Source of the DNA: Lytechinus pictus
Lineage: Eukaryota
NCBI RefSeq assembly: GCF_037042905.1
Contig: NC_087250.1
Location: 18,478,001 to 18,538,000 of the forward strand
DNA: 60,000 nt
Reading direction: 5' to 3'
Shown: piece by piece, positions 1 to 11,340 of the stretch
Numbering within the stretch: the stretch's first letter is position 1
Layout: every line of letters starts with the position of its first letter
Notes under the pieces: generated by a model
Told to the model about the DNA's origin: nothing
Seen by the model: the letters and a program-made list of their open reading frames with translations, nothing else
Databases searched by the model: none
Made by a program: the position numbers and the translations under genes

Positions 1-445
1 GAACTCTCATAAACATTCTGTGCTTTTAAAGTGGGTTCCCTTTTATCATTTATGTATTTCACTTTTTGCTTTACATTGTAAATTTGTCAGCATTGTCAAG
101 TCGTTATTCATTTTTATCATCTCATTTGAAAGCAAATCTACATCATTTAAAATTGATTCTAGCTGTAATAAATAAGCCACAGCTCAATGAAGAATCAATA
201 AAATGATAACACATGCAAAATCCCCTCTACATATCCATGTATCGACAATCTATACAGTTGAGGTACTAGAAAAAAGAGCAAGTACAAAAAAGGAAGGAAT
301 GAGGAAATATGATAATACGAAATGAAAAACTCAAAGCGATAAAAAAATATTGTATTTGTACATTTATTTCATAAAATAGGGTTAACATGCATGTAGCAGA
401 AATGTTAGTAAATATTCTGGTTTCATATATAATCTGTGATTTGTG

Positions 446-720
446 GACATGTCGTGGTCTAGTGGTTCTCCTGCCTTTCAAACAGAGGGTCGTGGGTTTG
501 AATCCTAGCCATGGCGTGTTTTCCTGGCTTCAGCAAGAAATTTATCCACACTGTGCTGCACTCGACCCAGGTGAGGTGAATGGGTGCCCAGCAGGATAAA
601 TTCCTTGAATGCTTCAACGCCTACATGTACATGCCAGCACAGCTAAAGCCGGGGTAATGATAGTAACGCTTTGTATACTCAGGCAAATAGCACTTTATAA
701 ATCCAGCTATTATTATTATT
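446..720 (+). mobile_element. tRNA-derived SINE
   Basis: A-box-like TGGTCTAGTGG, B-box-like GGTTTGAATCC, core gcactcgacccaggtgaggtgaatgggt, (TAT)n tail. Confidence 0.8.
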
Positions 721-1059
721 CAATGGGTGAATGTAAACCATGGACGATCCAATAAACTAGAGGGCTGCTGTGAAACTGGCCTATATTTTGGCAGAGGATG
801 CAGCTTTTGTCTTTGCCTTTATGAGTCTGATACTCTTATGCAAAACATCAGCCATAGTCTAATGAGAAAGACTAGATGCACAATGGCTATGTAACAAAAA
901 ACCTGGAGAGAATCCTAGTCGAGACACAAACGATGAGAACGCGAGACCTACTTTACATCTATATCAGCCGTATTGCTGACGTTTCACGTAACAACATCAG
1001 TCTCCTACAGGCAAAGACAAAATGTCCAGATTACATGCTACTGTTGAATATGAGAAGTA

Positions 1060-1308
1060 GAGGTGTTGTGGCTCAGTCTCCTGACTCTGAACCACAGGGT
1101 CGGGGGTTCAATTCCCATCACAGCACTTGTGTCCTTTGGCAAGGCGTTTATGTACATTTGCCACTCTCCACCCATGTGTAGTAGATGGGTACCTGGTAGG
1201 AAGGTACCCCTTGAATGTCTGATCAGGGTAGCCATGCTAAAGCAGTGGTAATAGTATACAGCGTTGTTTGTATTAAAGCGCTATATAATTGTTGCATATT
1301 ATTATTAT
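1060..1308 (+). mobile_element. tRNA-derived SINE
   Basis: TGGCTCAG, GGTTCAATTCCC, gtcctttggcaaggc core, aaagcgctatata...(TAT)n tail. Confidence 0.78.
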
Positions 1309-1408
1309 ATGAAATAATGTTATGTTAATATGAAAGTTAAGAAGTATGGATGGGTACTGGCAACCAATGTCATTCACACATAGAAAGTCTGCTTAAATGT
1401 TAGTATAC

Positions 1409-1492
1409 CTGAATGTTATTTTTCTCTGGTTTAAGAGTTACGGGGTTCGTTGGGGTCAATTCCATTCCGGGAAGGAGGTCGAACAGGCGTGG
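1409..1492 (-). CDS. A1CF: A1CF-like coding exon 5 (PRLFDLLPGMELTPTNPVTLKPEKNNIQ); not in the ORF track
   Basis: Long pyrimidine tract + CCAG| acceptor, CAG|GTATAC donor, 84 nt in phase 0. The peptide resembles the vertebrate A1CF LYDILPGMELTPMNPVTLKP motif before the C-terminal dsRBD-like domain. Later exons lie outside the window. Confidence 0.85.
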
Positions 1493-2309
1493 CTGGAGTC
1501 GAAGGGACAGTTAGAGGAACAAAAGTACAGGAATAAACAAAGGAAAATACCAGAACATGTTAGTCCAAATTGTAGTATTATAGTCATAAATACGTATAAA
1601 TATATTATGAAATTGATTAGACAATATTAAGAGAGAAATAAATACAAAACACAACTGCCTGTAGGCAGGATACCCATATCAAGTTATTACAATGTTTCAT
1701 GAAATTGCTATGAATTGAGGTGGCAAGAGTTTTATGATGAAGTCTTGGAATTTGATAAGCTCATAGAAATTTGTAATCAACTTGTTGATAACAAGTACTT
1801 TTTCCTTGACAGAGCCTATAACCACGTGCAAAAACTGATCCTCATACATCTTGCATTTTGTACATATGAAATATTAAAGGAAAGAAGTTAATTTTTGTTT
1901 TTTCTTTTTGATAAAATTGTTTTAAAAGCCTTCTGCTTTAGTTCAATTGAATAAGGTAGTCAATGAATAATATTAACCATGCTTCAAAAACATATGGTTA
2001 ATAAACAACATGATAAAAAAAAACAAAAAACATTAATATTCAAAAGTAAAACTTCTCATGTTAGTGATTCAAAAAACAAATTCAACTGGGTTTATATCTT
2101 TACGAAATTATGATTTTGAAACAAATTTGATTAAATAAATCACTTTGTCCTAAAAAAATAGCGAGTGATCAGGGGCTAATTTCTACAACTGACTGCATTG
2201 ATTACTGTGTACATGTATGATCATTTATAAAAATCAGCCCATAAACAATCACTATTTTAATAAAGCTTTATGTTTACCAGCCCAAGGACAGAACCTACAG
2301 CAGACATAC

Positions 2310-2466
2310 CTCTTGTGGCTTCCTGTCATATCGGTTGTAGCCCCGTCCCATGCCATAGCTTCTCGTTCCACCGGCACCTCGCATACCGCCCCCACGGCCT
2401 CTTGGGGCACCTCGGATCGGTGAGCGTTGCATCATACCGCCGCCACCCCTTCCAGCCATACCCATC
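2310..2466 (-). CDS. A1CF: A1CF-like coding exon 4 (RG/RGG-rich region)
   Basis: TTTTCATAG|G acceptor matches phase 2. Encodes MGMAGRGGGG...RGRGGGMRGAGG...DRKPQE. GAG|GTATGT donor, 157 nt. Confidence 0.88.
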
Positions 2467-2611
2467 CTATGAAAAGAAAATGTCAAATCCAGGGGTTCTA
2501 GAAAATCATATGGACTTTAATACTTTGCCTCATTCTTTCTTACCAAATGACAATATGGAAAGAAAAACCTTGATGTCTGGATTCTTTAGCAATTGTTAAA
2601 CACAAGACCTG

Positions 2612-2759
2612 GGGCCCGTTTCATAAAACTTGTTATGATATTAAATTTGCAATAACAGTTTAAAGCTCCTGAAATCCTTAAGATTTGATTGGCTGATGGC
2701 AATTTTTTAAAAAGAAATTGGGCGTTTGTTGTTATTTCAAGTCTTCATGAAATGGGACC
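2612..2759. mobile_element. PIF/Harbinger-like MITE
   Basis: TIR gggcccgtttcataaaac / cttcatgaaatgggacc, 3-bp TSD CTG. Confidence 0.7.
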
Positions 2760-3236
2760 CTGGCCTTTTTGAATTAGGACACAAAGATTATTTCAAAAGT
2801 GGAAGTCAACAACAAGCAACTCTTGTTCTACAATCCTTTTTTCTTCATCTTTTGATATTGTATTTTTTTTCAGGAAGGGAAAGGAATACCTTATTAAGGA
2901 TTCTCATTCAAAGTAATTTGTGTTTCATTACTCTTTCATGAGGTACATGTGGATTGTCTGAGGGATTTTAGCTTTTTCTGCAATTAACCTCGGACAGAGC
3001 TCAGTTTAAGAAAATCTGACCATTGATAACACAGGCAAAAATTCGGAACAAAACCATTTCTTACCAATCCTATGGTACCATTTCAATAACTTATAACAAT
3101 GTCTTACATTAAAACTGTGACTGATTTGAAGTTTTTGTGAAACAGGTCCCTGAAGCAATGAGTGCTATATTGTCAATCGTCAATACAACAGGGCTAGTTT
3201 CACAAAAACTTCAAATCTTTTTTACTTATAACTTAC

Positions 3237-3423
3237 ATAGGTGGCATTCCGGTAGGGTTGCTGTAACCTGGGTAGTAGGAGGGGCTTGTCTGTTGTTGGT
3301 CGTAACCATAGAGACCCTGCTGGACGTAGCCCCGCCCTGAACCTCGGGTGTAGCGTACATAATTGCCTTTGTCAACAGGCTTGGCGAGAACAACCTCGAT
3401 CTTAGCACCATCTAGAAGGGCAT
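3237..3423 (-). CDS. A1CF: A1CF-like coding exon 3 (end of RRM3 DALLDGAKIEVVLAKP + Y/G-rich linker)
   Basis: TTTACAG|AT acceptor matches phase 1. AT|GTAAGT donor (phase 2), 187 nt. IEVxLAKP motif present. Confidence 0.9.
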
Positions 3424-3954
3424 CTGTAAATAAATATGGATATTGATTAAAATTCAAAATATTTCGTAAAGCAGATTTTGCAAAGACTGAGTGAATTTCA
3501 ATAGCCTTTTTTCATGGAAAAATATTCGGGTATGCAATGTGGAGAAATAAATGTGGGCTTATGAATAAATTAACATGGCATCGGTAATATCAACCACACA
3601 ACTTAGCTAACAATATTGTTACTTCTCACTCTTCGAAAGGATTCAACCAAGTTAATTATCTCGCATATTTTTCCCAATTAATTTCAATTATCTGATTGAA
3701 ACAGATACTACTATTGTTCAAAATTTGAAGAATACTGTCAAAGTAAACTACAAACAAATCTGGTCATGGAATTATAAAACCCGAGATTCCAACAGTGGTT
3801 TGAATAAGGCTCTAGAGACTTTCACAAAGCCCCTTGTCAGTGATTCTTAATGACAAATAACCTCACAGCCAATCACATGCAAGTACTTCAGTAGCTTACA
3901 ACATATATCACACACACTGACACAAGTACTTTCATGAAATCCCCCGTTACTTAC

Positions 3955-4129
3955 CGTCCATAGCATTCATTGCATTGAGGGCATCTTCCCTGGAGAAGAA
4001 ATGGATGAAGGCAAAATCTCTGAGTTTCTTCACTCTCTCCACGCTTCCTTCCTTGAACTTGTTGAACTCTTTGGCGATGGTTTCTTCTGTTGTGTGCAGC
4101 ATAAGGTTCCTCACGTATAAGATTTTGAC
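3955..4129 (-). CDS. A1CF: A1CF-like coding exon 2 (RRM3: [16 protein letters not shown]...[13 protein letters not shown]...AMNAMD)
   Basis: CAG|GTC acceptor (phase 0) continues [12 protein letters not shown] as in the family. G|GTAAGT donor (phase 1), 175 nt. Confidence 0.93.
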
Positions 4130-4500
4130 CTGCATAGGGATAAGCAAAAAATAAGCATATACAGCATAAGGTTTTTCATGTATAAGATTTTGACCTGCAT
4201 ATTATGTATGAAGCAAAAGGTAAATGTATATAGCATAATATTTTTCATGTATAAGATTTTGACCTGCATAGGGATAATCAAAAATAAACATATACAGCAT
4301 AAGGTTTTTCATGTAATAAGATTTTGACTTGCATAGGTACAAGGAAAAAGTAAACATATACAGCATAAGGTTTTTCATATATAAGATTTTGACCTGCATA
4401 TATGTAAAAGCAAAAGATAAATGCATACAGCATAAGGTTTTTCATGTATAAGATTTTGACCTGCAAAGGTACGAGAAAAAAAAAACAAATAAAGATAAAC
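4130..4500 (-). repeat. Tandem array (~65-69 bp unit) of duplicated exon-2 splice acceptor plus first ~35 nt of the exon
   Basis: Five extra copies of ...TGCAG|GTCAAAATCTTATACATGAAAAACCTTATGCTG starting at 4194, 4263, 4328 (CAG mutated to CAA), 4393 and 4460. Confidence 0.92.
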
Positions 4501-4504
4501 ATTG

Positions 4505-4628
4505 GACAGGATAGGATAAAAACATTGAAGGGACAGATTTAAATCTGATCAATTTTTTTTTATCCACGGCCGTCCTAGAACTTATTGAACTCTTTGGCAT
4601 TAATGGTTTCTTCTGTTGTGTGCAGCAT
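4505..4628 (-). pseudogene. Degenerate pseudo-exon copy of A1CF-like exon 2
   Basis: cttattgaactctttggcattaatggtttcttctgttgtgtgcagcat (4580-4628) closely matches 4058-4102. Weaker similarity extends toward 4505. Confidence 0.75.
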
Positions 4629-5616
4629 GAGACATGGCAGGTATGGTAAACCCCAATCACGTTTTGTCCATGGCCATCATTAGAAAATCAACTATGGAAA
4701 TGGTTTTAATGATTTGTTGTGTAATGAAGAAAATATTTCCCAGGTGTAAGAATTAATATGTACAGGTATAAGAAAAACATAAACAAATTATGAACTTTTG
4801 ACAGGATTGGATATTAAAATAAATTCAATTCCTGTTCATATTTGTTCTCCATTCATTGCCACCTTAAACTTTCTGACGTTTCTGTGCAGCAAAGAATGTG
4901 CATGATTTTTATCTTCATACCTGTACATGCAGGTACATGTACAGTAAATAAAGACAGGGAAAAAATACATCAACCTGTATGCAAAAATAATACTATGTAT
5001 AAAGAGGGAATGTAGGTACATGTACGGTAAATAAAGACAGGGAAAAATATATCAACCTGTATGCAATACTATGTATAAAGTAGGAAAAGGTAAAATGTGA
5101 AAATTCCTATCAAGTGGGAATTCAAATGATAAATATTTTCCAATGTTTATATAATCAACTCCTCACTCTTATTGGCAGGGTTCCTTTAATAGGACAAAAA
5201 TTATAAAACAATTATAAGGTAAATTCTAGGGTTGGGGATACAAGTATACAAGTCTCTTGCAATATTGTATTAGATAGACAGCATGAATTGAAATGAATCA
5301 TTTTAAAAGTCACTTTGGGGAGAAATCTTGAGTAAAATATGGGGAGACAAAAAGAGGCGTGTACCCCGCTAATTCTCCAACACTTCATACATGTACGAGG
5401 GCAATTCATTTACTATGTACAATGTTGTACAAGTACAAGTAGTTAAGCATACAATGAGTTTCAGAGTTCAAATACGTTGATTCATATCTCTCGTATTACA
5501 GAATAAGACAAACCAAACATATACCTTGGTTTGCGCAAGATACAACACTCTGATAAATATAGGTCAAAGAGCAAAACTAGCCTTGCATCAAGCAAACATC
5601 AATTTAATGGTAGTGT

Positions 5617-5878
5617 GGGAGGCACGATATCTCAGTTGGTAGAGCGGGGTTTTCAGATTCCGGTGCCCTGGGTTAAATGATTCCCACTTGGTATGCTAGT
5701 GCCCATAAAGGCATTAATCCTCATTACCAGGTCCCTTGGAGAGGACCTTAAGCTGTTGGTCCTCTGGTTGCTTGCTTACAACCGGGGTAATAATATCCAA
5801 GTCCTTTGGAAGTGCATAGAGACGTTATTCATAATGTGTTATGCGCTATACAAGAACTGACTATTAATATTATTATTA
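5617..5878 (+). mobile_element. tRNA-derived SINE (same family as 43770-43925)
   Basis: ctcagttggtagagc A-box, degenerate B-box, ggagaggaccttaagctgttggtcc core, (ATT)n tail. Confidence 0.75.
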
Positions 5879-7866
5879 CAACCATTCATGCTTTTTTTAA
5901 TAGCAATCACGTAAAAAAATCACTACCATTTACCCAAATTCAAGGTGGCCATTTTGTAATTTCTGAAGAAGTTACTTACCAAAAATTACCAAATGTTGCA
6001 GTTATGATGACGATGGTGAATTGCATTTGCACAGTGCAGGGTTTTTTTTCAGGGGCTACTTTTCACAAAACTCTCATTTACATTATCCATAAGCTTTAAC
6101 TCTGCAGTGACTCTCTTTTATTTTTCGTGGGTCTTTTTGAGCATTTTGGGGTGAAATCATTATGAGCCCCCATGCACTTGTTCCCTAATTTAATGTCACT
6201 ACCTGTGAAAAATATTCAAGATCTATGTTATGGATTTTTTTTGGAGATGGATAGGATAACTTTAATAGCTTTATACTTTAATACCCTTCAATACAATCAT
6301 CATCAATTTTGAAAAAAAGAAATCTTCATTAAACATAGAGTAGGCCTACTCCTTGGACAGAAAAATCTGTCTGTTCCTCAGGAGCTTTTTTATATTTCCA
6401 ACATGGAGGGATGTCGTGAAGCCAGACAAAGTCTCAGCGGAACATATCCCAACCGAATTTTTTTTTTTTGTCTAGTCTACTCCTTGACATTATAAGTGTT
6501 TATACCAAACAGCCAATGCCCCCACCCTCCCCCTCCTCTTGAGAAAAAAAACGAACCCCCCTAATTCATAACCTAAGAATAAAAATAATGCAGTAAAAGC
6601 CTTGCAACAAGGCCACACCAAGGGCCCCTACTGTTGAACCAATGTTAATCATTAACCATTAGGCAAACACAGAAGCTGCAGTTGTCTATCTGAAAATAAT
6701 GCCATATCTGCATAAATTTGAACCTTCATGTTTCCATGGCCCCCAGTTCAAGAATTATCTTTCGTTTTCCTAAAGGCCGTACATGTATTAACCATATTGA
6801 CTGTATACACCCATCTTCATGTATTTGGCTTCACAAACTTAATACAGAACCATATATTTTGTGGTTGATATATACATACATGTATATACTCAATTTACAA
6901 TGTAAGCCCTACTTTTTCAAATCTGAGGACAATTAAAAAGGTCAAATTGTATTAGTCACAAAACTTCAAGGAAGAGAAGTGGGTGCTAGTTCGTTTATTG
7001 GCAATAAAATTAGTTCTTTTAGGATGATGAGTATATCAGGCCACATTTAATACTGGTAACTTTTATAATCTAATTAAATTATTGTAACCATCTAGTCTGC
7101 TGTGCAAACCCTTCACTCGAGTAAAGAGTCTGAATTGCAGCCTACTCGTGTACTGAAGGCCCCCTCGCTCATGTGGTAGTCTTTGCGTGGAGACACACTT
7201 GTTGATCAAAGTTTCAATCAGGGTCTGTGCCTGCAGACGAGTAACCATCAGTCTCTTTTGATTTGTTACAAATAATTTGTTTAGAAAATTTGAAATGTTT
7301 CAGCTAACTCAACTGCTAGTCCTACATGTAGTTCACAGTTCTTCAAATAGTAAAAAAATTGTTCTTCAAATAGTAAAAAAAAAAATTAATATTAAAAACA
7401 CCGGAACCAAGACTACACCATTCTAACAAGATAAATTTATGATAGGACATATCAGTTCATATTTTTTGTGCATCAGGGTGTGAACAAGCTATCATATCAT
7501 CACCTTCATTTAAAGTACAATCCATAGAGGTAAGTATTTGTATTGATATCTTTACCTCAATGAACATTGCACTCCTTGAGAAAAGAATAACCGTTCGCTA
7601 TGATCTGTTCTGACTTCTGAAAGTCATTTTCAATAGTTCAGAGAAAAAAAATGAAATGGGGGCAGGGGCGAATTTGCCCCTGAAATGACACAAGAGCCCC
7701 AAAAACTTCCATATAGGGTCTAATGCAAATTGTAATGTAGCAAGTGAGCTCAGAAAGAAGCCCTGGAAAGGATTTTTATATTAATTTTTCTCCTGCAATG
7801 GCTACTAATACTTTGTCATATATGTACACACTATAGGTTGTATGCAGCTGAGTTCATTAAATGCAA

Positions 7867-7980
7867 TCTATCCTCAATGACATCTATTCAACTATAAACA
7901 TCATACACATCAAAAAGTTAATTCTATCCTCAATGACATCTATTCAACTATAAACATCATACACATCAAAAAGTTAATTC
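7867..7980. repeat. Near-perfect 57-bp tandem duplication
   Basis: tctatcctcaatgacatctattcaactataaacatcatacacatcaaaaagttaatt occurs twice in tandem. Confidence 0.9.
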
Positions 7981-9080
7981 CTTGGCTGCTTTTATTATAC
8001 CGATATGCATATTCTATGTATAAATTATCAGAAAAGTCTTTGGGATAGAAAATTGAGCAATTTATCAAATCAAGTGAACAAAAATAGGGTACTTTTATCC
8101 CTTTAAATCCTGCAAATATCGCATAACAATAGGTCTCAGATGTTTGATTTGGTGGAAGCAAATTACTTCTATTCAGAGAATCGGATAGGTTTACAACTAG
8201 TCTATCCATCAGCGAGCCAGTCGTGCGTGAAAAACTACAAATGTATCGAAGTCACTGATCATTTAACACCCCAGACCCTACCTTGGCCACATTATGCTAT
8301 GGTCCGAAATACCTTTACAAATGCTGTACGAATGATTTCATACCATTTTGATTACTATGTTCATGTATAAAATTGTTCGTACAGCGATTGTGAAGATATT
8401 TGTGACCATAGCAGCACTTAGAAATTTGCAATCAATTGCAAAATGACATCACAATGATCAATCAAGACCCTTGTAGTACATCTACATTTCCAGCCAAAAA
8501 ATTATGTTTTACTTTCGAAGGTTATTCCAATTGCCTACATGTATATCTGCAACACTGGATATAATCATTGCAAAGAATGGAGGAATTTGGGGGCTCATTT
8601 TCAAGTTCCCATGGCTCTTTTTTGCGCATTTTGGGGGTGAAACAGCCTGGGGGCCCCTGTGTAATTTTTCCTTGGTACATGTACACATGTACGGTGTAAA
8701 AGAGGGCTAAATTCAAGTCCATGGATGCCTTATTAATTGGCCTATTAAGTGACTATTTCACTGGCCTAGGATATTTTCTTACCCTTTTTAAATAATTCGC
8801 ATCTATGGTACGTGCCCTTTTCATATTGGTTAGCCCCTGAGAATATCTAATTTAATAGTCTCTCACATTTTCATCAAATAGTACTGTACAGGAACATGTA
8901 ATACAACTTTTCTCCAAATTGTTAACAAGGAAAAAATACACAGGGCTGGGGGAGTGGGGGCAAATTAGCCCCCAAAGCACTCAAATGAACCCTGGAAACT
9001 ATTAACAAGGAACCCTGACGATCCCCATTCATTGTAATGTTAAAGCTTAACCAATACTGCAGATTCAGGTAGTAAGTTAA

Positions 9081-11340
9081 ACAAGTGGAACGCCTCTGGC
9101 AGTCTCGCCTGCATTACGCGATTTAATATAGCAGCAGTGCTAACTTTGAAAACTACTATAAAATAATCATTCACAAAAACACCATTCATATAATGACATA
9201 ATACCACGTTCATTGACCATAAATGACATTTGAACGGTGACTTAAGACTTGTCAACTACACCCATATCCACATTTCATTCACTCTATCTATAAACTTTCA
9301 AAGTTATGATGGCAATTCAACAATTACCCCAACATGGCCTAAGTTTATTGACCTTAACTGACCTTTGACCTGGGTTTTGTGACCTGAAACTCACAGGGGA
9401 TGTTCAGTGATACTTGATTACTCTTATATGGAGTTTTATGAACTAGATCCATAAACTTTCAGAGTTAGGATGGTAATTCAACAAATACCCCCAACACGGC
9501 CAAAGTTCATTGACCTTTAATGACCTTTGACCATGGTCATGTGACCTGAAACTAGTACAGGATGTTCAGTGATACTTGATTACTCGTATGTCCAAGTTTT
9601 ATGAACTAGATCCGTAAACTTTCAGATTTAGGACGGTAATTTAACAAATACCCCCAACTTGGCCAAAGTTCATTGACCCTAAATGACCTTTGACCTTGGT
9701 CATGTGACCTGAAACTCAGGCAGGATGTTCACTAATACTTGATTAACTTAATGTCCAGTCAGACCGCAGGTCCCTATGCTAATGAGCAAAAAGGCCAGAT
9801 TCATCCAAATCATCTCGTGGCTGAATCCTCCTCCTTGCAAAATCTCGTGATTCGTGAGATTTTCTTTCTCTAAGCATTTACCTGTTTTAACCTCAAGTTA
9901 AATGAAATATTATTGCACCATCAGATAGAGTAAACGTTACTCTTTCATATTGGTTATTTATTTTGTATACAATATTTTGTTAAATAAGTAAATTTCTGGC
10001 CTGAAAATGTGCCTCAAAACTGAAATTTCTTCCTCTGTTTTCTTTTGCAAATTGTGCAAAACTTTTTATTTTGAGCCTCAATGACATTTATATCAACATA
10101 AAGCTGAACTTCTGTACTTTCTCACAATGCCACTCTTGATATGCAGCACCTTTTAATCGGGTCAAGATCACACTTTTCCCACCAAGGTACAAGACGAGAT
10201 TTCTGAAATTTTGTACTTGCATGAAATCCAGAGTTCTGATTGGCTGGATAAGATTCACAGAACAACAGGCGCGGGGTATTTGAGGAGATTACCACATGGG
10301 AAGTGTGACCTTCCCACGAACCCAGGCACTGGAACCGTTGGAATTTGCCAGTGTGCGGTCTCTTTGACCAATCAGAGTGCAGTATTCTTGTTTTCAAGCT
10401 GCTTTATGTATTTGGCAAATGAAAAGTGTGATCTTGACCCAATTAAACCAATTCTTATTTTGAAACCTATATCATTTCAAAGCATACATATTCAGCTTTA
10501 TCATGATATAAAAATCATTTGGGCTCAAACAAAAATAAAGTGTGAAAATAGCAGCTTTTGTCAGGTGAAAATATTTATTTTGTAGCATATTTTAGATCAA
10601 AATTTTAACCTATATTACAAAATCTTTGAATAAATCCAAACACATGACCTAAAAGAATGATTCTTCTTCTTTACAATGGTACCAAATTCATGAAATTTGA
10701 TGCACAATTAGAGCAGCAATGACCGAATGAAAAGAGGTGTTTTGGTCCGCATCAAGCTCATTAAATATGCAAAACATCTCAAGTCATGAATATCACTTGG
10801 ATGAAAGAAGCCACTTTCTTGGGACCTGCAGTCTGACTGATGTCCAAGTTTCATGAACTAGATCCATAAATTTTCAAAGTTATGATAGTAATTCAACAAA
10901 TAACCCAACTTGACCAAAGTTCATTGACGCTAAATGACCTTTGACCTTGTTCATGTGACCTGAAACTCAAGCAGGATGTTCACTAATACTTGATTAACCT
11001 TATGTTCAAGTTTCATGAACTAGGTCCATATACTTTTTAAGTTATGATATCATTTCAAAAACTTAACCTTCGGTTAAGATTTTGAAAATAATTCTCCCAA
11101 CATGGTCAAAGTTCATTGACCCTAAATGACCTTTGACCTTGATCATGTGACCTGAAACTTAGGCAGGATGTTTAGTAATACTTGATGAACCTTATGTTTA
11201 AGTTTCATGAACTAGGTTCATATACTTTCTAAGTTATGATGTAATTTCAAAAACTTAACCTCGGGTTAAGATTTGATGTTGACGCCGCCGCCGTCGGAAA
11301 AGCGGCGCCTATAGTCTCGCTCTGCTATGCAGGCGAGACA
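9081..11340. mobile_element. Helentron/HINE (DINE-1-like) non-autonomous rolling-circle element with internal ~160-bp tandem repeats
   Basis: Sub-terminal IRs gtctcgcctgcat (9102-9114) / atgcaggcgagac (11327-11339), terminal hairpin gtctcgc...gcgagac, (GCC)n near the end, A-run flanks without TSD, repeated tgacctttgacc...gtgacctgaaact units. Confidence 0.75.
9756..10839. mobile_element. Non-autonomous DNA transposon with 19-bp TIR and 5-bp TSD, nested in the HINE
   Basis: TIR cagtcagaccgcaggtccc / gggacctgcagtctgactg. TSD ATGTC at 9751-9755 and 10840-10844 splits one HINE repeat unit. Confidence 0.88.
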
